From contig JAUWKS010000029.1 in NCBI GenBank assembly GCA_030614005.1, forward strand, positions 1-32,000: a stretch of DNA of 32,000 bases. The letters run 5' to 3'. The notes beneath the pieces are model-generated. The model saw only the letters and a list, made by a program, of their open reading frames with translations. It had not been told where the DNA came from and made no database searches. The stretch is from Candidatus Heimdallarchaeota archaeon. GTDB lineage: Archaea; Asgardarchaeota; Heimdallarchaeia; JABLTI01. Each line of letters begins with the position of its first letter. Within the stretch, counting starts at the first letter, position 1. The position numbers and the translations under genes were made by a program. Below are positions 25,464 through 32,000 of the stretch, in pieces.

Positions 25464-27080
25464 TTAGCTGCCAATTATTTTTGCTATATTTCTGTTCATT
25501 TTGTCAGCTATTTCTCTTCTTTCTTTGCTTTTCGCTTTTCCTAAACCTATTTCCGTGATTATTTTTGTGTATCTTCCCGTTCCACTTGGTCTTATACTTA
25601 TTACAAGATTGTTTTCATTCTTATCTTGAACGATCAAGTTTTGACCATCCAATGTTGATCTATAGATTACTTCATGTTCTTTTGTAAGATAGTCCATTAT
25701 TTCCTTGGATGATTTTAGGACTTTTTCTAGTCTTTGTGGATAATTCAAATTTAACATATCTATTTGTGTTTTTAACACATCTACTGACGGGAATTCCGGT
25801 AGCTTTTCATTCTCTTTGAACCAATGCATTAGCCATAGTGCATGTTGAAATGGAGATTTCATGCAAATTGGATGTGATTTATTGAAGAAGATGTCTGTAT
25901 AGTCCGCACCTGATATTTTATTTATGCTTGGGTTTTCTGCTAGTAGTTCTGCTACTCCTAAAAAGAATGCGGGTTCTCCTTGTGCAGTTGCATAAACTTT
26001 TTTTGTATATTTACTTAATGCTGAGAGCATTAGTAATGAAATTCTCTCTTGTACTAGCACATATTCATCTGGTTTAGTTACTTTTGCTTCTGCTATTAAT
26101 CCCGTTGTAAACGATTCTTCTTGATTCATTACTATTTTATCTTTTCCGATTCCAGGTGTTTTCACAAGAAATGTTCTATCTGCATCTGCATCATGATTGA
26201 AAACTGCTTGTGTCTTTTTGTAATATTTTTCTGCCAATTCATCCCAAATTTCTCTTGGATCCCTATCTGGTGCTGTTGGATTTAAGACGTTATTGTCAAG
26301 AGAAATATCTGCATTTGATTCTCTATCGATTATTTCCCATATCTCCCCTGCCATACTATGCCTGCAATCAACGATAAATTCTCCTTCGATTTTATCCATT
26401 GGAGTCACTTTTTTTAGCGATTTGAAAAATTCCTCCCTCATATCTTTTGTATCTAGTTTTTCAACAGAGCCGATATCTTTTGGGTGCACCATTTGATTTT
26501 CCCCAATCATCCCTTCAATAACCGGTGCAAGTGTTCTTGGCAAAAATCCGAAAATGCTATTCTTTTTTATGCTTTTTGGAAAATCAATTGTTGCGCCATT
26601 TTTTTGTAAAAGATCAACTGCATTTCCAATATTTATTACCAATTTCAATCCCACATATTGTTGTGGACTATGACTTCTTCCGAAAAAGCATCCTGGTAAT
26701 CCGTGCTTATAGCATGAGAACATGAACTCTGGTACTGTTACAGGACCATCCAACTCGATGATATTTATCCCACTTCTTCTCATATATTCTTTTGAGCTTA
26801 TTGAAATTGACTTGTGTACTCTGCTTCCATCGTATCCAATGAGAACATCACTTTCAATTGTTTTTGCAAAACCTGTCGCGTATTTATCAAAGAAATCAGC
26901 ATTATATACGGAATACAAATCTCGAGGTCCATTTGTTCCAGTTAATTGAGCTAGCTTGATATCAAATTTATATTTTGAAACAAAACTTGGATTAGATGTA
27001 CTTAATACTAGTGGTTCTAGCTTTGGGAGAGTCATTTTTTCACCAATAAACAGCTTACTTGGAATTAGTTTTAAATTCAA
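25464..27080 (-). CDS. Alpha-D-phosphohexomutase family protein (divergent PGM/PMM)
   Basis: VLIGYDGSR, phosphoserine loop GRSHSP...GLK, metal loop HDADADR, C-terminal IRPSGT; start may be MTLPKL at 27035. Confidence 0.85.
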   Translation of the reverse strand: MNLKLIPSKLFIGEKMTLPKLEPLVLSTSNPSFVSKYKFDIKLAQLTGTNGPRDLYSVYNADFFDKYATGFAKTIESDVLIGYDGSRVHKSISISSKEYMRRSGINIIELDGPVTVPEFMFSCYKHGLPGCFFGRSHSPQQYVGLKLVINIGNAVDLLQKNGATIDFPKSIKKNSIFGFLPRTLAPVIEGMIGENQMVHPKDIGSVEKLDTKDMREEFFKSLKKVTPMDKIEGEFIVDCRHSMAGEIWEIIDRESNADISLDNNVLNPTAPDRDPREIWDELAEKYYKKTQAVFNHDADADRTFLVKTPGIGKDKIVMNQEESFTTGLIAEAKVTKPDEYVLVQERISLLMLSALSKYTKKVYATAQGEPAFFLGVAELLAENPSINKISGADYTDIFFNKSHPICMKSPFQHALWLMHWFKENEKLPEFPSVDVLKTQIDMLNLNYPQRLEKVLKSSKEIMDYLTKEHEVIYRSTLDGQNLIVQDKNENNLVISIRPSGTGRYTKIITEIGLGKAKSKERREIADKMNRNIAKIIGS

Positions 27081-27137
27081 TAAGTTATTACTATTTTGTA
27101 TATTTGACCTTTTCCGGCATGGAATTCTGGTGATATC

Positions 27138-27554
27138 TTGAAATCGTTACAATTGGGTGGTATCTGTTCAAACTATTCTTGTGCAATTTGCTGCAAAGAA
27201 ACAAAAATGATCCTTTCTTCTGAAGAAGTACAAATAATCATAGATTGTGGTTATGATAAAGAGGATTTTTGTTATGTTGATGAAGAAGGTTTTATCCGCT
27301 TAAAAAATGTTAATGGTATTTGTTTCTTTTTGCGTGATAACAAGTGTATTATCTATTCTTCACGACCACAAGGGTGCAAATTTTATCCAATTATCTTTGA
27401 TTTAGATACAAACAAAGCGATTGTTGATCCCGATTGTCCTTTAGCTGTATCTATCTCGAGTAAAACGATATCTACCTTCAATAAAGATTTAAAGAAATTT
27501 ATTAGAAAAATAATGGAAGAAAGAGAAAATTCTTCTGAAGAGAAAGAGTTTTAA
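27138..27554 (+). CDS. YkgJ-family cysteine cluster protein (putative Fe-S/zinc)
   Basis: CSNYSCAICC, CFFL....CIIYSSRPQGCKFYP. Confidence 0.9.
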   Translation: MKSLQLGGICSNYSCAICCKETKMILSSEEVQIIIDCGYDKEDFCYVDEEGFIRLKNVNGICFFLRDNKCIIYSSRPQGCKFYPIIFDLDTNKAIVDPDCPLAVSISSKTISTFNKDLKKFIRKIMEERENSSEEKEF

Positions 27555-27557
27555 TAC

Positions 27558-28346
27558 TCATTTTCTGATTTTCTTTTTCTTTGCTTCGAGTTTATTTGCT
27601 TCTTGTGTTTCCCCAATTAAATGTAAAATTTTAATCGCGTTTGAATATTCTTTTTCAATAATGCTATCAAAATCAGGATCATTTTTCTTTTGATAGAACA
27701 GTGCTAAATCTTCATGTGCTTTTGCAATGTTCATTTTAGCTTTTTTAGCTGATTTTGCAGTTGTATCTTTTTCTTCAATAATTTGCTTCCTTGCCTTGGA
27801 ATCAAAATCTTTGTTATGAAGGAGTACTCTCTCGAGTAATAATGATACCTTACTGTAAAGATTACTTATTCTTTCAAATAAATGAATTGACCCTTCAACG
27901 TCATTATCATTCTTTGTTTGATTACTCAGATTCTCAAATATTTCAACCGATTGTTCATAGCAGTTCTTTGCTTTGTCAAAGCTCATTATATAGCTATACC
28001 CATCTGCAGCATCTTCGAAGTTCGAAGCTGCTTGTTTTTGATCTTTTCTAATAACTGCTTCTTTTGCAATATTTTCGAATCCAACAGCGGCTTTTTTCAA
28101 GCCAATTATTCCAATTACTTGATACAGCTTATTTATCCTTGAAGCTTTATCAATTAGATTATTCCAGGCACGGATTGCTGCTAGTGCAAAATCAATAGCT
28201 AGTGCAAGATCATTGTTATCTTGAGCTAAGCCAACTAGATGTTCATATGTTTTTGCGGAGTCTTCCCACCTACTTGCTGCATAGTTAGCTTCAGCTTCCG
28301 ACTTTAATTGTTTTATTTGAGGCTTCATTCCCAAAACACTTTCCAA
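27558..28346 (-). CDS. TPR/SNAP-like alpha-helical repeat protein
   Basis: Repeated AAxxFExAAxxY / AKNCYEQSVEIF helical pattern. Confidence 0.7.
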   Translation of the reverse strand: MESVLGMKPQIKQLKSEAEANYAASRWEDSAKTYEHLVGLAQDNNDLALAIDFALAAIRAWNNLIDKASRINKLYQVIGIIGLKKAAVGFENIAKEAVIRKDQKQAASNFEDAADGYSYIMSFDKAKNCYEQSVEIFENLSNQTKNDNDVEGSIHLFERISNLYSKVSLLLERVLLHNKDFDSKARKQIIEEKDTTAKSAKKAKMNIAKAHEDLALFYQKKNDPDFDSIIEKEYSNAIKILHLIGETQEANKLEAKKKKIRK

Positions 28347-28479
28347 TTAGAACAATACAATATTTCTTTAGAATTTTATGCTCTTAAACTCTATGTTTAA
28401 GGTAAGAATGAATATCTATGAATAAAAAAATAGTGTTTGTGAAGATTATTATTAATCTTCACTTTAAATACTTTAAACC

Positions 28480-30237
28480 TTACTCGGTTTCATATTCGTC
28501 TAAATCTACTGCATCTTCCCCTTCTTCTTCATCGAGTTCCTCTTCAGGCTCTTCCGATTTTTCCGAAGGAGTGCCTTTTGGTGTTTTTACTACTCTAACG
28601 AAAAAGAAAGTTAATGCAATTAAACCTATGATAATTGTTAACGCAAATGTGATTATATATGGTATTGGAACATCTAATGGTTCAGGTCCTGGAGGAAATA
28701 CTTCCAAATAAAGATCTGTCGTAGTATTGTAACCATACCCTCTTTTGTGACCGACAATATTAATATAAACTGTTCCTCTGCCAATTTCATTTGTGTCAAT
28801 TGTGCAAGAGAAATTTGTGTTATCAGTGGTTTCCATGTTTATTTCTAACACTATATTGGAACTTCGCACTACTCTTAGTGTAACATTTATCCCTTCAATA
28901 AGAGTATTATTTTGAGCGATATATGTAACATTTGAGTTTATTATATCCCCTTGATTAAGGGTAAAAGTACTCAAATCAAAGTTTGAATTTTGAATCACTG
29001 CATACATCTTTGTTAACCATTGTATTGTTCTTTGGAAAAAGAATTCATTTTCAGGGTTTCGTCCCATTTGTGTATCATTAAAGATATTTGCTGAACCGAT
29101 TGTTGCAATTCGTCCATTATTCTTTGTCTCTGTTAAAACGATTAGAGTATTATTTAAACCAATGGTTTCATTTTCATCAACAACACCATTTCCATTTTCG
29201 TCTGCAAAAGTTGTTTCATTACCACTTGCTAAAACGTAACTATCAACAATTTCTCCAGCGACTTGAAGGTCATAGAATTCCAAGCTTTCTTCTATCCAAG
29301 TTTCATTTATTTCTAACATGGGTCCAGCATAATTTATTGTTGGAACTATTTCATCAGTTAATGGCACATATTGATTTTCTGTTAGAATTGGATGATCCAT
29401 GAATTCTGAAACAAAAAATGTTGAAAGAGTATTATTTTCACCAATTGGATCACTTAAATCGGTTGAATTTATGCACATAGCTGTTGCATTATCAAAATGG
29501 ATTCCAAATGGTTGAATTAGTTCATTAACGTTTGTAAAAATCGAATCAGCTGAACCTGCTATTAAAAGCCCACCGCCATCTCTTACAAACTGAGTTATTG
29601 CTTCAATTTCAAATATGGTGAAATTTTTTGTTGAATCGTTTGGTTCTAAAATAATTAAAAGATCTATACCAGCTAGTGTAGAATTAATAACATGAGCATC
29701 TTCATTAAAACTGAACTTGAACTCACTATCTTGAATCCAATTAACTAACCCAGAATATTTTGATTTTATTCCATTGTTATCAGTATTGTGTCTCAAGTCG
29801 AAGAGGATGTTTACTTCATCATGTCTAGGTAAGTCAGGGACATAAGGATCTTCTACATTAAAGGTTCCTGTTTCTGAACAGTTTACTGAGGAGTAAGTAA
29901 ATTCTCCAATTTTGTTTGCAATGAATTCAACTACAATTGTTGTATTAGCTTCAATTACTTCATTTATACCGTACTCGACTATTACAAAAGTGTGACCTAT
30001 ATCTATACTTTCTATTGTAAGGTTTACAGCTGCGCTTTCTTTTACTGTAAATGATTCAGGAGTAAACGCTGTCTTTGACACATTGATGTGTAAATTGAAC
30101 TCACCAACATGAAATAGATCAGGTGTTAATTCATCATCAATTTGACTCTGCATTGCATTTGCTGCTAGGCTCTCTCCAATAACTAAAAAGGAGATTATTG
30201 ATATTATCATTAGTAGTTTTTTTATCTTCAATTGCAA
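28480..30237 (-). CDS. Secreted, C-terminally anchored protein: cupredoxin-like domain plus GldG/IFT52 (GIFT)/DUF4350-like domain, TM helix and acidic tail
   Basis: Signal peptide; FTPESFTVK..GHTFVI..GEFTY cupredoxin-like pattern; ILFDLRHN, DLLIILEP, EIEAITQFVRDGGGLLIAG, GRIATIGSANIF; C-terminal hydrophobic helix then a poly-Glu/Asp tail. Confidence 0.75.
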   Translation of the reverse strand: MQLKIKKLLMIISIISFLVIGESLAANAMQSQIDDELTPDLFHVGEFNLHINVSKTAFTPESFTVKESAAVNLTIESIDIGHTFVIVEYGINEVIEANTTIVVEFIANKIGEFTYSSVNCSETGTFNVEDPYVPDLPRHDEVNILFDLRHNTDNNGIKSKYSGLVNWIQDSEFKFSFNEDAHVINSTLAGIDLLIILEPNDSTKNFTIFEIEAITQFVRDGGGLLIAGSADSIFTNVNELIQPFGIHFDNATAMCINSTDLSDPIGENNTLSTFFVSEFMDHPILTENQYVPLTDEIVPTINYAGPMLEINETWIEESLEFYDLQVAGEIVDSYVLASGNETTFADENGNGVVDENETIGLNNTLIVLTETKNNGRIATIGSANIFNDTQMGRNPENEFFFQRTIQWLTKMYAVIQNSNFDLSTFTLNQGDIINSNVTYIAQNNTLIEGINVTLRVVRSSNIVLEINMETTDNTNFSCTIDTNEIGRGTVYINIVGHKRGYGYNTTTDLYLEVFPPGPEPLDVPIPYIITFALTIIIGLIALTFFFVRVVKTPKGTPSEKSEEPEEELDEEEGEDAVDLDEYETE

Positions 30238-30630
30238 GTCTTAAACACCTCAAGATGTAAGAGTACGTACATTTAGCTTTTTTCGTTTGAATAAAACTTC
30301 AGTGCTACAATTTCTGCTTTTTTTATAGTTTAAAATCTTTTCTTTCGCTTTTTTTACTAAATACAATGTTTTCCTTTATGTAGTAGAAAATTATTCTCTA
30401 CAAGTAAAAGGAAAGGGTTTTCCAGGTTTTTCATTCATCAAATGATGTCTTTTTAATCAATTTCTATTCCCAAATATCTTTTCGACGAAAAATCATTAGA
30501 AGATGACGCAAACGATATATTTTAATCGCGAATTATTCTTTAGTTAATAAGTTTAGATGATTTAATAAATCAAACTAAGCACAAGGATAATTAATTAAAT
30601 GTTGAACCCTTGTATAAGTGAGTGTTAGCC

Positions 30631-30999
30631 ATGTCATCCCGAGTAGAACAAATTCATAATATTCTTACAAAATTAAAAGCAGGTCATGATGGTGTAGAAG
30701 GATGTCTCCTTGTTACAGCTCAAGGATTACCTATTGATTCTGTTTTTGACGGTTCCACAGATGAAGACTTAATTTCAGCTATGACTGCAGCCATTTCTTC
30801 TGTATCTGAAAGAGTTACTCAAGAGCTAGGAAAGGGTAAAATTAACAATATTTCAATTCTTGGTGAGAAGGGGTACATTATTTTACTTGATATAGCATCA
30901 CGTGCTGTTCTAACCGTTCTTGCAAAAACCGAAGCAAATTTGGGTCTGATTTTACTTCTTGCTAGAAGATCTTGTACCCAACTTACTGAGTTAATCTAA
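30631..30999 (+). CDS. Roadblock/LC7 domain protein
   Basis: VEGCLLVTAQGLPIDS, LISAMTAAISSVSERVTQELGKG, ISILGEKGYII, NLGLILL. Confidence 0.95.
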   Translation: MSSRVEQIHNILTKLKAGHDGVEGCLLVTAQGLPIDSVFDGSTDEDLISAMTAAISSVSERVTQELGKGKINNISILGEKGYIILLDIASRAVLTVLAKTEANLGLILLLARRSCTQLTELI

Positions 31000-31007
31000 A
31001 GACTAGA

Positions 31008-31310
31008 TTATATTGTTGTTCCTTCAAAATCTTCTTCAGAAGGAATTAATTTTTCCAATCGTTTAAAGAGTTCTAAAAATTCTACTCCTGTAGGAGTTAT
31101 TCTATAGACTGTTAGATTCTCATCTTCATCATCATAAATCAAATTTCTTGCTAAAAGGAATAAAAGAATAGGTTTTGCTCTATCTACTGGGAGATTCGCT
31201 GCTCGAGATATTCTCGTTAAAGGAAGATCTGCTTGGAAGTAAATAATTTTCAAAATCTCATTATAGATTTCATATTTTGATCTTCTGAGACTAGATCTTC
31301 GCCTTGACAT
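31008..31310 (-). CDS. Winged helix-turn-helix protein (archaeal HTH_45/ArsR-like)
   Basis: RRSKYEIYNEIL, LTRISRAANL, YRITPTGVEFL. Confidence 0.85.
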   Translation of the reverse strand: MSRRRSSLRRSKYEIYNEILKIIYFQADLPLTRISRAANLPVDRAKPILLFLLARNLIYDDEDENLTVYRITPTGVEFLELFKRLEKLIPSEEDFEGTTI

Positions 31311-31468
31311 TTAGTAACCCTTCTTGTTTTTGTCTTATTGTTCAATTCTTTATCAAAGATAATAATGTTTTGGAATTCGAAGACATTTTCATTTATTTAA
31401 CAAAAAACTAATAATATTTGAATAAATTGAATATCATTGAATATACTAAGTCTTTGGTTGGATGAATA

Positions 31469-31765
31469 CTGAATTATTTTGTCTATATGGTTAAATGTGC
31501 TGATAACACCCTTTACACAGGATATACAAGTAACTTAGAGCAACGTATAAAGCAACATAATTCTGGATCACAAGGAGCCCGATATACTAAAACTAGAAGA
31601 CCAGTTAAATTAGTTTTTGTCGAAATTTATCAATCACAAAGAGAAGCAATAAAACGAGAGCTTGCTATTAAGAAACGCTCTCGAGAAGAGAAATTAAATT
31701 TAATCAAATTATCACCCATAAAACCACCAGTATTTTATGATACTGAGAACGACAATTCTAAGTAA
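31469..31765 (+). CDS. GIY-YIG nuclease family protein (UPF0213-like)
   Basis: YFVYMVKCADNTLYTGYT..LEQRIKQHN.G..GARYTK.RRPV.LV..E; the first YxY motif lies upstream of the ATG at 31487, after a CTG at 31469. Confidence 0.9.
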   Translation: MNYFVYMVKCADNTLYTGYTSNLEQRIKQHNSGSQGARYTKTRRPVKLVFVEIYQSQREAIKRELAIKKRSREEKLNLIKLSPIKPPVFYDTENDNSK

Positions 31766-31797
31766 GAATTGATGACCATGAAATACTTTTTTTGTAA

Positions 31798-32000
31798 TTA
31801 GTTTTTGATTTGATACAAATCTATCTTTATTACATGTTGATTTTTCTTATGAAAATCATATTGCCTTGGTATCTCAAAATCCATTGATATGATATCTACT
31901 ACTTCTGCGCCGTGTTCTTTACAGAATTTTCTAAAAAATTGTCTTGTTTTTTCCGCATGTGGATTAATTGAGTAAATTACTTGTGAATGTTGTAGAGCAG
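31798..32000 (-). CDS. C-terminal part of a METTL5-family (COG2263-like) methyltransferase, truncated by the window edge
   Basis: Translation VIYSINPH...FEIPRQYDFHKKNQHVIKIDLYQIKN* matches the family C-terminus; not in the ORF track. Confidence 0.8.
   Translation of the reverse strand, partial: ALQHSQVIYSINPHAEKTRQFFRKFCKEHGAEVVDIISMDFEIPRQYDFHKKNQHVIKIDLYQIKN

Noticed and set aside
1-32000. CRISPR array, cas genes, integrase, rRNA
   Set aside because: No regularly spaced direct repeats, no tyrosine or serine recombinase motifs and no rRNA-like sequence were seen by eye.

Overview
AT-rich archaeal chromosomal window, most consistent with an Asgard archaeon (Heimdallarchaeia-like, an inference from the roadblock/LC7 protein, two small GTPases, HEAT and SNAP/TPR-like proteins and PGF-type C-terminal anchors). 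Core genes include csl4-DUF2067-rpoL-RNase III-like-DUF99, tfs, pcn-GINS, rps27e, a B12/radical SAM-TRAM enzyme, a phosphohexomutase, an adenosine-specific kinase family protein, a GIY-YIG nuclease and a partial METTL5. tRNA genes are tRNA-Lys(UUU) with two non-canonical introns (14/15 and 53/54), tRNA-Arg(CCG) and tRNA-Arg(UCG). An accessory region of about 7.8 kb (17.3-25.2 kb) is bracketed by a tRNA-Arg 5' half and an inverted 3'-half copy of tRNA-Arg(UCG). It carries a very AT-rich three-gene operon, a doubly frameshifted tnpB divergent from an AbrB-type gene, a possible pseudoknot RNA, an ApeA-like HEPN protein and membrane proteins; no integrase is visible. Items absent from the ORF track include a transcription unit encoding two paralogous 28-29 aa peptides (7473-7674), a 37-aa membrane peptide and a head-to-head tnpB/alaX chimeric junction at about 355. 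All family calls come from motif recognition by eye; no database search was run.
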